Made by a program: the position numbers and the translations under genes
Notes under the pieces: model-generated
Database searches by the model: none
What the model was told of the DNA's origin: nothing
Seen by the model: only the letters and a program-made list of their open reading frames with translations
Source of the DNA: Sphaeroforma arctica JP610
Lineage: Eukaryota
NCBI RefSeq assembly: GCF_001186125.1
Contig: NW_014040133.1
Span: 15,568 to 58,739, forward strand
DNA: 43,172 nt
Direction: 5' to 3'
Shown here: positions 1 to 11,572 of the stretch, one piece after another
Position numbering within the stretch: position 1 is the stretch's first letter
Layout of the letters: each line of letters opens with the position of its first letter

Positions 1-1435
1 AGATACCGTGGAAGTCGTGGCATTCCTGTAATTGCTGAAGGAGGTCAGGGCCAATGGGCGGCAGTTTCGGGCCTACCAGGATGCGTCGAATCAGTTATTG
101 GATGCAGGTAAAGTGGCTGGTAGTGAACTTGTGGTTGCCGGGGCAGACAGGGCCGAGACAGCCATCGGTGCGGTAGTCGAGCAATGTAAAAATGTACGTA
201 TTCGTTACAATCATAGCACAGAGCCGGATTGGTGTAGACTCGAAGCAGCGATTGAAGCTGTCGTGTCTGACTGTGTCTCGGTTTGAGGTTGGCGGTTTAC
301 CCATAACCAGTTGGTAGTAGTATTGGCGCCGGGCCATTGCCGCGATCTCCTTGTTGGACCAACGTTTTGTTGAGTTCTTCCTGATGTCGTCACAGCGTTG
401 GCGGAGGGCTACATGGTCGGGTGTACGCCCGCCCGTGGTTTTGTGTACAGTTTTCAGGTGAGCATAGATACTGTACGGGAAGCGCAGTGATGGTTTATCG
501 TGGGCCCAGGCGGGTTGCGTCAGAGGGGTAAGTGGATTTGTGCTGGCCATTGAGTCGAGTTGTATTCCCAGGCAACCTCCGAGGTAGTCCGCGAATGGTC
601 GCGCGGGGAGCAGGCCGCAAAAGTGAAGCAAGTTTGTTTGATGTTTGGGAAACCGAGGGTATTTAGTGCCCGTGATGATGGCTGCTGCTTGGATGAGTGC
701 TGAGTTAAAGCGCTCGAATAGGGGGTCCAACGCATCCTTCCATATAGGCGGAGCCCAGGCAATAATGTTCAGCCCATATGTAGCCGTGGATAGGATGAAT
801 GGTTTGAACATCACCAGTCGGTTGTGGGGGTGTCGCCAGCTGAAGCCATGGAAGCCATAAGCGCGGAAAGAGGCGATGCCCAGTGACAATGCTGCAACCA
901 GGGATTCCATATGTCTAGCGAGGTTGGTTCCTGGTACTCCGTGAGAGAGTGGGAACCCCAGGTATTTGGTGTGTTTCGGTTCGGCATGTGTGGGCGCCAG
1001 TTTCATGGGGAGGTAACGTGTGTTCCAGGGTGCGTCTGCAAGCGTCGACATGATAATCTCACCATTTATACGGAGGGTTGGCGCCGCGTGTCGCAAGTCG
1101 GTAGATCGTACTCGGGGTTTAATGACACCCTGTTCGAGGCCAGATTTGCGTCCCCACGCATCATTGTCATCTAAGAAGGGCTGGAGCGAAACCGATCGAG
1201 GGGCTTGGATCCGTGTGTCATCGACAAATAAACAAGAGCGGAGGAGCTTGGGCCGAAATTGTGCTAGCGTGATAGCTAAGGAATCCATGTAGATAATAAA
1301 GAGCTGGGGGCCGACGATTGAGCCTTGTAGGATGCCATTCGTTCTATGGAATAGAGACGAGAGCGTGCCGCGGTATGTCACTCGGGTAGGGACCCTCCCA
1401 AACAGCGCGCGGAGGTATAGGTCCCATTGGAACAA
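1..1435 (-). mobile_element. 5'-truncated non-LTR retrotransposon (LINE) ORF2 fragment: C-terminal half of reverse transcriptase plus a Cys/His knuckle-like region
   Basis: ORF 95..1435 (-) contains NGILQGSIVGPQLFIIYMD (LINE GxxQGsxxxPxLF motif), LFVDD (catalytic) and KYLG, and a C-terminal CLGPVCPGNHKFTTSHFTC. The N-terminal RT motifs are absent. The frame continues without another stop past the TAA at 95-97 to the window edge (LIRRILVGPKLPP...), which suggests a premature stop. The sequence is visibly more GC-rich than that after ~1440. Confidence 0.85.
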
Positions 1436-1440
1436 CCAAA

Positions 1441-3258
1441 TGGACCCCTTCTGAGACCTTCCTTAACAAGGTCAAAGAATCAGAGATTCCACTCTCTACC
1501 CAATTGAACGTTAAGCAGTTCAAAGGCAACACAGCACTTGAAGTAAGTGCACAAGAAATACAATGTACTAATGACACTAAAGTTAAGAAGCGTCATTTTC
1601 TAGCTAGGACTCTGTTTATTAACATAAAGTCCAAGCCCGAAGTCTATCAAACCCTATTTTTAAAGGGATTAATGAAAGATAATCCTGAAGCGTATACACA
1701 TATAATGCGACTATTAAATAAGTCAGGTGTATCAAACGCACACGAGCGCACTTATAGCACTCATGCGAAAGAAGGACAGGAGTCTGGAAACACTACAGAC
1801 TTAGAGACCACGCAAGTGGATTCTCAACACCCTACCTTTATTCTGGAGGAGCAGAATGATAAAAACATTCTTGCTTGGCTGACGCAAAACCATAAGCTGA
1901 AGCACCAGAACGTAGTAGACGCACTTAAAGATGCTAAGCGAAATAGGATAGCGCATCCTAAGATGGCAACTTTAGTTGACAGAGTATATCAGTCATGTAC
2001 AGACTGTGAACTCAATCAGATCAAGCGCTATGGGTTCGCACCGCTTAAGAGTGTGACTGAAGATGTTCCATGGCGCAGGGTCATCATTGATCTGGTTGAC
2101 CTGCCTCCGTCCGAGCACACAGGCGACCGTTACGTATGCCACTTCTTTGATGTGGCGTCACGGTTTAACTTGCTCTATCCATTTATGGATAAAAATACAC
2201 AGACCGTGGCAGAACTATGTTGCCAAGTCTTTGCTGACCACGGGTAGCCAGGTGTTATGTTTACTGATAACAGTAGTGAGTTCTGCGATGACGTAATGGA
2301 ATCGCTAGTACATGTATCAGGCATATGCCATAAGAGAGGAGTGCCATATAAACCGCAAATGAAGGCGCGAATGAAGCGAGCCATATAAGACTTAAGTTCA
2401 TCTTGCGTACTGCATTAACGGATGATGCAGATGATTGGCCGTACCACCTTAAGTGGGTACAAACACAGATGAACGAGTGTGCTGATCCGGTTACAGGAAC
2501 TACACCCGCTCACTATTTTCGTGGCAGATATAGTGAGTTATAAATACCTTTTAACAAGGACGAACCTAACCACCATGAGTTACTATGGTTAGAGAATGTA
2601 CATCGTATTTACAACGTTGTATATCCTTGCTTGCGAGAAATACGCAATATAGCCTTATTAAAAAGGCAAGCGCGTTGGAACACTACCAAGAAGATAGCAG
2701 AGTATCAGGTCGGTGACAGAGTTAACATCCGTCAACGTAATTCCGATGCTACTGTATTAACATCTAAATTGATAAGTCAATATATAATCTCTGTAGCAGA
2801 CACTAAATAACTCCGATGGTTCTAGTGCGCTTAATATAGGCACAAGTCGTATTCCGACTACAGGAAGACATGACTCCAATGCCCCTCTTGATCGTTCTGA
2901 ATTTAGAGACATTATATGGAGAACGAATAAAGGTGGCTATACATACTATCGTACACGCTTTATAGACGGTACAATCGATGAGTTGACTTCAGATGCTTTT
3001 GATAATTAAGACTATTTAAAAGCCTTTAATCGAAAATGGCGTAAACACCTGCATGAATCACAAGCTGAAAAAGATAGCATGTTTCCATCGTCTGAAGGCA
3101 CGGAAGTTAAAACTTATTCGCCTACAGCATTTATCCCGAGCTTTAATGCTCATCCTTCATATGTGCTTACGACACTGAGGCGTAAGAAACGTCCAGTCGA
3201 CCACCACGGACCGACTGGACCTAAGCCCAAAACTCACAGGGTAACCGAGAACGCTTAA
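1441..3258 (+). pseudogene. Decayed Ty3/Gypsy-like integrase (HHCC zinc-binding, DDE core, C-terminal module, chromodomain-like tail)
   Basis: ORF 1504..2247 has HKLKH...CTDC (HHCC) and PWRRVIIDLVD...YVCHFFDVASRF. Past the TAG at 2245-2247 it reads PGVMFTDNSSEF...PYKPQ. After a frameshift it reads DDWPYHLKWVQTQMN...VTGTTPAHYFRGR...YQVGDRV, then a tail ending in TAA at 3256-3258. Several stops and frameshifts. Confidence 0.85.
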
Positions 3259-3380
3259 CTTCTCCGCCTGAGAAACATTAACTATATGTTATGCTACTTA
3301 ATGTTTTCGACCTGTTTTTCCTTTCTCGATTTTTGACCCATAATCAGCTTGAGTGAGCAAATTGCTTTTCGTGGGTCTCA

Positions 3381-3395
3381 AAGATGGGTGGGGGT
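3381..3395 (+). other. Candidate polypurine tract (PPT) of the LTR retrotransposon
   Basis: AAGATGGGTGGGGG lies just downstream of the integrase stop and just before TGTGTAATAG, the canonical PPT position. Confidence 0.6.
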
Positions 3396-3397
3396 TG

Positions 3398-4139
3398 TGT
3401 AATAGCCGGGCCTCCACATTAGACTCTATGTTATAAACGTACTCTTAAGCAAACGTACTCTTAATAGTACGAAGAACTTTAGTTTCCTAAATCGTTTTTA
3501 ATGGTTTTATTAATTAATACCTTTTCCATTTTACATATCAGATATTTGGACGAGGACATTAAAAGGCCCCAGTAAAATACCAAACATAAGAGTTGATCTA
3601 GTTCTATTAATAGAACTATATTTACTTTCCAAATTTATTTATGTCTGAATACTTCGGTAGCGAGATGGCTCAACCGAATATATGTTTCTAGGGGCTATTA
3701 ACGTTACCTAGTTGATCCTTCGATCAGCCAATCAGTTGTGCCAGTCTGATGAAGGCTAAGTCGGTAGTTCTTGATAAGTGACAAGTTATTGGTGAAGACA
3801 ATAACTAAGGACATCAAGATTTTTTCTTTTCTTTTCTAAAGATAGGCTTTTATGAGTCTCTCGGATTCGCCCCAACGAAACTTACCATAGTTTCTAATAG
3901 AGCGACAACGAAACACTAAATAAAATCCCTTAGGCGAAAACAGTACTGAGAGGATTATATATAGGCAATGTCTCAGCTTCACAATCCCTCAGAGTATAGC
4001 TGTTTTCACGAGGCATACCTAACTTTACTAAAAGTCTCATTTCGTTTATTTACTGTGAAACTTTCACGATACTTAGAAATTAACTACGCGGTTATCTACT
4101 CTAAGGCGATAATATTGCCTTGATAGACCGAATCTTACA
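3398..4139 (+). repeat. Candidate 3' LTR (~742 bp)
   Basis: Starts with TGTAA after the PPT. TTACA at 4135-4139 gives a 5-bp terminal inverted repeat (TG...CA). The partner 5' LTR is not in the window, so the right boundary is inferred. Confidence 0.5.
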
Positions 4140-6167
4140 TATGCACATACATACAATGTAACTTATCTTGAAGTGAATTTTATTATCCCGTACATGATTC
4201 GATCACTTCAGTTTACAGGGCACTGCTGACGCCACCAGCGTGCTATCGTTTATATAGGATATCAGCCGATCACAAAGCTTCGCACCGCACGTCCTGGTCA
4301 AAGCCTTGGTACAACGGACAAAGGATACTTTTGCGTTCGTTACGGGCCCATCTACGAAAACAACCGCACACAGTGCACACCACCAATTTTTAGATTTCCT
4401 GGTCGCACAGCATATGTTCACTCCAATAGATGTGCTATCAAGAGTTCTACCAGTAAACGCCCTGCCCTAGATTTTATTCCGTAGACGACTGGATGCCAAA
4501 AGTTTGGAGTCCTCTTCAATTAGCACGTGTAAAAATAGCGGGTTCCTAATAGTAGTTGCACAGTTAACGTTTATACTTATAAAATACTAGAATACGTTTA
4601 ACGTTTTGAACATGAACAAGAACTGAGATATTCAAGATTCTGAACATGTGATAGTACTCAGTAGAGTATAAGACTCTACTGTGGACAATTAGGTGGTTTT
4701 CCAAATATAGAATGTTTTTTTTTCCCACTGAAATTTAGAATGATACATTATATAGGAATGATACAAATCTGACACCTGAAAATGACACTTTGGAAATCTC
4801 TAATTAACGGGAGTACCATATGAGAGGGTCTCAGGCATGAAATGATTGTTGGTACAAACCTATGGTATAATTCGAAAATGATCCCAGAACAAGATAATCC
4901 ACTGAGAAAAGGACAGGATCAGAGTTGTTAGAATTTAGGACAACCTGGTTTTGATTCCTCCTAGCCAGCCAACTAGATGTGCCAGTCTATGCCTTAAATG
5001 GGATGGGGAGCTAGGTGGGTTTAGGTGCAGATGTATACTGCACTAGCTTGGTGTTTTTGATTTTATTTTTGATTTTCTTATGTTGGACTTAAAGATATTT
5101 TATTGGTTATTTTGAGTCGATAATTGTTTCGTGGCGTGAAATGTAAAGTATGCGTCCAATGAAAAGATATCTAGTCTTAGTAACGAAAACATAAATAAAT
5201 CTAGACCGAAGTAGTGAGTGATTAGAGCGGAGCATATAGACAATAGTCTCAGTCTAAAGTTCCCTAATCTTTTGCTCAATACATTGTATCATACATACTT
5301 GCCATTTTTGAAATAAATAATATTATCCCTGCCAAGGGCTGAAGTCAAACTTATTTTCAACATTTTGCATTTTAACGTTATAACGTATTGTCTTATTAAC
5401 GTAAACGTCTTGGTATCGTATTGTCAGCCTAGAGGAGACCGACTTTTACACACGTACGTGGCGCATATATGTGCAACCTTGACAACTTCACTTGTAACTT
5501 ATTTCTTTTGAAATAAATAATATTATTCCTATACCTGGCCACTAGTAACGATATTTTGGAAGGTCATTCGTCGTCGACGCGTTGCGGAAGGCCAGATCAC
5601 CCCAGTACGTAATGGGCGTTCGACAATCCAACAGCAACTAATGTTTCCCACGTAATTATCACGACTTACAGAAATTACTGTACCAGTATCTAAAACTAGC
5701 GTTGACCAACCGACTACCATATGCGTACCAAAACTTGCCATGCCCCCGTCAACTGGCTTGCACAGGGCATATTACGAACCAGACACGGGTCACCTCTTCT
5801 CCATTGAGGGTAAGCCTTAAAAGTAAGTCACTTTCTCAGCGTAATTGATACGATATCTCACGGTGTGCAATTTGGACCCTACCGTATACAGCGGACACTC
5901 ACTTGTATTGGCGGACTCACCGCTCTGTGTAAAGCTGGCACCCCTGAAAACGAAGGCATCAATATAGAACGCTGGACATAATAGATAAACCGTATATACT
6001 GGCAACGTTCTGCCAAGGACCATAATCGTATAGCCACAAAACTCTTGCACTTCACCAATACGACGGGCTTACCTTCTAACAAACCTCTAAGATTTAGCTC
6101 TCGCTGTTCAAGCTACTCACACTTGTAGCGGGGGAGGGTGTGAAGTCTCCTTAGAGGGTTGGTCTTT

Positions 6168-6612
6168 GGACTTCAAAAAGGCCCAGGCACCGTCTATCCG
6201 CCAGCGCTCGCACTACTAAGTACGTGTATAGCAGCGCTGGGTTTAAGGCACACATACAGTGTCCAGATTTCATGAAGAAATAACATCACATGGGATTCTA
6301 TCACCTGTATAATAAAACACAACAACAAAACAAATGAGACTGCGATGGAGATCCATGGCTTCATATACAAGCTAGCCACACAGTTCGAATACAAGCATCG
6401 ACACCCAGTCTATTCTGAGGCCCCACACTTGACGATCCATCACAGCTCTCACTACAATATCAGTTTTAGTTTAGAAAAGTTCTCAATAAAATCAATGGGC
6501 CCGGGATTCGAACAGAAGGTCCAGGTACCGTCTGCCCGGCACCGTTTGGACTGCCAAGTACAGTGGATAGCGGCGCTGGACATAGCACATACATCGAGTG
6601 TTCATATTTCAT
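6168..6612. repeat. Diverged ~105-bp direct repeat pair (about 6168-6272 and 6504-6612)
   Basis: aaggcccaggcaccgtct...aagtac..tatagcagcgctgg...gcacacatac...tttcat versus aaggtccaggtaccgtct...aagtac..gatagcggcgctgg...gcacatacat...tttcat. Confidence 0.7.
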
Positions 6613-8122
6613 AGGCTTATAGCTGTTTTACAAAAGTAAATAACCTGAGTGGACTAACTTCCGTAATTGCATGTTCTACAACCATGAGGGGGGTTTTTAT
6701 ATATATAAAATAAATACGTTGTCAGCGGTTGCGGTAGATGTGAAAAACTTGGTCTGCGATGGTTTATCTATATCACCAGTGCCAAAGAATGCTTCGGTTC
6801 TCAATATTCTCAATTTTGGGCCCCCAATTTTTGTTGTTGAAATAATGCGAGTCGAAGTATTTTCTGTCGTATTTTATATGACACCCGTTTACGCATAGAA
6901 CGGTTGAATTTACGATATTTGATTTCTATCGGAATCGAACCGGAATTAAATTTTGGTTTAAATCACCGTAACAACGCATGTATACGAATTGGTTTCGTTT
7001 GTCTGTAGTATATAAAACTGCACGCAAGCACATACACGTTATTATAATCATTATTTTTCAGTGAGTGGGATTGTGTGTTACTGTTGATATTGGCACGAAG
7101 CACTGGTGCAGGGCTAAGGCCACCACCTTCAAACAACAGACAACAAGCAAGCGATAGTGCAAACAGTAATGACCAAAACATCGATACAATTCAAGACATC
7201 AATAGTGAATAGATGGACATTGATTCACTCCATGAAGTATACCCATACATTGCATTGAAAATAAATAAATAAGTTACAGTGTATTTATGAAAATATTGGG
7301 ACAGAAAGATACAACTTCATTATTAAGTATATACTGGTATATAACCCAGTAGACCATCCTAATCAATGTACGAGAATTCGAGTACGAAGTCTTTGCAATT
7401 ATTGGTAGGCTTTCTTTACAGAGAGTATTGTTTTAACCTTGGATGACGAGCAAAGCGTGTCGAGAGCGAAAGACATCCCCAAGAAGTCAAAGGCTGATAG
7501 AAAGTCTAAGACTCGAGGATTCAAATCCGACGCCATAGAGTGCGCAGTATTTATTCCGTATTACTTGTGTGCTTCTACGAACGTGATTACAACAGAAGAA
7601 GGCATAAACACAAATATTCGACAGATTGCACGCAGCTTCCCGTCGTCGCACCACGGGTGCTGCACAGGTATGTTGGGTATTCACTTTAATTCACGCACAT
7701 TATTCTTTCAAACGTTTTTATCTATTTAATGCACGTAATTGGTTATTTACAGTCATTGGCTGATAGAAGCTACTGTGAGAGACATCTATGGGAGCTAATT
7801 GGAAACCATGGCCTTGGCGGAGTGATCATAGTACGCAGCAAAATGTGACGAGGCTTTCCATCGGTGGGTGTTAGCATAGAAATATCACGCAAGTATCCAC
7901 CTCGGTTTCTTGTCAATGATGCACCAGGAATGGGCGACATATCTGTAAGTGCTACGTCCACGCTTAAAACCTCACAGAGTACTGTGGCCAAAGAGTCTAC
8001 CTTAGTAGCGTTCGCTGTGCGGCAAATGCCGCGCAAGCGAGAGAATCATAACACTCCCTGCGATAGATTGACAATGGTATTATTGGCCTGATTTTTTACT
8101 CTCTGAATTCAAGTGAATAGTG

Positions 8123-8188
8123 TTCAAAACCATTTTGCTACACTTTCAATTTTCAAAACCATTTTGCTACACTTTCATTTTTCAAAAC
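8123..8188. repeat. 29-bp tandem duplication
   Basis: ttcaaaaccattttgctacactttca occurs twice head to tail, followed by a partial third copy (ttcaaaac). Confidence 0.85.
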
Positions 8189-10047
8189 AATAAAGTGCCG
8201 CCATGGCCCTCTCTGGATTAGGGTCTCTGCTAAATTTACGATCGTCATCGGAAGAAACCTGATTTCTGCTCGCGACCAAACAAAATCCAAAAAAAAAACT
8301 CGTGGAGTAACTAGTTTACTCCGATTTGAATCTCCGCGAAAAATACTCGGTGCTAAAACTCGTTCAATTTCCAAACTCGATGAAAACTTTTCAAACAACT
8401 TGATAACTTTGTATATAAATGTGTAGTAGACTGTACGGTGTACAGTGTACACCGAGTTTATTAAAATATATGGAAACTAGGTATTTAGATGTCTGCTACC
8501 TCTCTCTCTAGAGAGAGACTACTATTTAGAGTGTATAAAGGTCCTAAAGCTCTAGGTTGAGAGCCCCACTAATGACTAGACGCCAGACGGGGCAGTCTCG
8601 TCCCTGGATGGTCCACGTGTTCAGGTGTCCAGGTGAGGCCTGTGGTCCTTAGCTGGGCCTCGGCAATAGCCGAGCCGCCAGTTAGATAGGCGGCCCGAAA
8701 ATCGAAATGTAGTGGGACATAAGTCCGCTAGAACAGAGGGACGACTACGTGGTAGGTGCAGTATAAACGTTTTGAGGATGTTGGTGAAATGGTCTTATCA
8801 GTCCTGACCTAGGACTCTAGGACAGGGCTGTGTATATTAAATAAAACACGGCTGGGGCGCCGCAGAGACCAAATGCGTTTCAGCAAAGAGGGTAGCTAAT
8901 GATCCGCACAGGGTGAGCTGAGGGTGAGATTTCTTGATGAACCTTGTCTCCCTCACTTTCACTCAACAAACACACAAATACGCACTGTTCTTCAGTCACA
9001 CACGGCCACACTCTCACACATAAACACATTCACCCACGGGGAGGCGGGGGGGGGGGGGCGGAAAAAGCCCCCGGCCTTTTTTAGAAACAACTTTTCTTTT
9101 CAGCCGTCAATAACGAACCCACAAAAGTATGCTCTATTTTTTTTTGAAAAATAAATTCCATTAAGGATCCCTCGGAGGGCCTCTTTTGGGCCTACAAATG
9201 GGGAAAAAGCGTTTCGGACAAAAAAGCGTTCCGGACAGATTTCAAGTTCAATAAAAGGGGACTCTACAGCTACGCTTTCGGTGATAAAATGTACTGTTTT
9301 GTCGAATTTAGAAGGCTATGAGTTTGTAGTATATACCGAGTACCACCTTATATTTACGATGCCATGCACTGGGGGGGAGTCTGGGACTGCATTTCGCAAT
9401 TGCCACTCAGCCACCGGGATTAGGGCATAGGCCCATGGCCTTAAGCCTATAGGCCATAGCCTTAAGCCTATAAGTCTTAGCCTTCTATATAATTCAGACG
9501 GCTATGTATGACTCAGCAGTCAGCACTCGGCACTGAGCACTCAGGCCCAGGGCTCAGGGACAGTTTTCAAAAATAAATAAATTAGGGCCTGCGTTCCGTT
9601 CGGCACTCCACTGAGTCAACTCCTTGTCAACTGTCATCAATGTCAACTGTCAAGCCCACTCAAGTCTCACAGTCTCCTTGATGAGGGATTTTTCTCATTT
9701 GCTCCAAGTTCACACGCTGTATCATTAGTGGTTTGCACAGGCCACAGGGCACAGTGGTATTCAGTAATATTTCTGTATTAGACGTACTTACGGAACATAT
9801 CCACTATTCAGGATGTTACTAGATGCTCTAGCTACTAGTGTTAGGATTTTTGATGTGTACTATATACACATAAAGCGATTTTTTTAACACATATTTAAGT
9901 TTGTTTCTTGGTGCTTGTGTTCGTCGAGTACTACCCTGATAGGTATACCAAAAAAAATGAACCCATGAGAGGTTCTTGAGACTTTTCTAAGATTACACCT
10001 TTGTGTATTAATGTTAGTTTATGTGTACATAGTTATATGACATTTTT

Positions 10048-10721
10048 CTATATATATATATATATATATATTATATCTGTATATATGTGCATATGTATAT
10101 ATGTATGTATGTATGTATGTGTGTATGTGTCTGNNNNNNNNNNNNNNNNNNNNNNNNNNNNNNNNNNNNNNNNNNNNNNNNNNNNNNNNNNNNNNNNNNN
10201 NNNNNNNNNNNNNNNNNNNNNNNNNNNNNNNNNNNNNNNNNNNNNNNNNNNNNNNNNNNNNNNNNNNNNNNNNNNNNNNNNNNNNNNNNNNNNNNNNNNN
10301 NNNNNNNNNNNNNNNNNNNNNNNNNNNNNNNNNNNNNNNNNNNNNNNNNNNNNNNNNNNNNNNNNNNNNNNNNNNNNNNNNNNNNNNNNNNNNNNNNNNN
10401 NNNNNNNNNNNNNNNNNNNNNNNNNNNNNNNNNNNNNNNNNNNNNNNNNNNNNNNNNNNNNNNNNNNNNNNNNNNNNNNNNNNNNNNNNNNNNNNNNNNN
10501 NNNNNNNNNNNNNNNNNNNNNNNNNNNNNNNNNNNNNNNNNNNNNNNNNNNNNNNNNNNNNNNNNNNNNNNNNNNNNNNNNNNNNNNNNNNNNNNNNNNN
10601 NNNNNNNNNNNNNNNNNNNNNNNNNNNNNNNNNNNNNNNNNNNNNNNNNNNNNNNNNNNNNNNNNNNNNNNNNNNNNNNNNNNNNNNNNNNNNNNNNNNN
10701 NNNNNNNNNNNNNNNNNNNNN

Positions 10722-10800
<79 letters not shown>
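10048..10800. repeat. (TA)n/(TATG)n/(CA)n microsatellites flanking an assembly gap (N at 10134-10721)
   Basis: Directly visible. The ORFs called across this interval are artefacts of Ns and dinucleotide repeats. Confidence 0.95.
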
Positions 10801-11572
10801 TGTGTGTTGTCCTCTTGTTTATTTATTACAACCATAGATTCGAGAAAGAATAAGAAAATGCAAGCGAGAAGATGAGAAACACAAGAGCGAACTATCGATA
10901 CGAAAAATATCAAGAGGAGGCATAGAGACAATCTAAAGTTAACCAATAACTTTCCCTGACAAGTAAAATTCGAATAAGCGCCGCTCGTCTCAAATCTGGT
11001 CTTCGTTAAACGTATATACAGAATTGATTACGACTATTATTGGGCAAATAGATACATTTTGTCCTTTGTGCATACAATAATTTGAGATAGAATGAGCAAA
11101 AGTAAGCAAGAAGAACCATAACACAAGAGCGAACTGTCGATTGGCAGAGAAATACAACAGGCATAAGTGCAATATTTTATCGTTCTCGGAATATTTTAAT
11201 AGAAATTTGATATCGTATTAATGTAATGTATTCGCGAAATGTATTTTATAGTAGGCGGAGCTGCGATAGTGGATGGAACAGCTGATAGTAGATTTATAGT
11301 AGATGTAGTTACTATTATTGTAGTATCTGGTTGAAGATTGACTTTATATATCAAACTCAGACTGCAACCTTTCATGATTCAACACTTTCACGATCTAACC
11401 TCTCTCTTCGGATACTGGACGCTAGGTATGGCTCTCAGTTAAATCGAATGTAAGTACGTAGCCAACAGGTGCGCGGTCTAATAACGAAAAGTATTACAAG
11501 CAAGGTTTATTGAAACGGAAAGTCAAAAATTGACAATTTCTCATAATATTTCATCTATTTTATTCAAGATCG

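Noticed and set aside
3746..3770. Hammerhead ribozyme core (CTGATGA) in the LTR
   Set aside because: No correctly placed GAAA after a stem II (the sequence reads GGTA), and the motif is sequestered in a simple hairpin with ATCAG.
10001..10946. Long ORFs of 244-291 aa
   Set aside because: They consist of N-gap and dinucleotide repeats.
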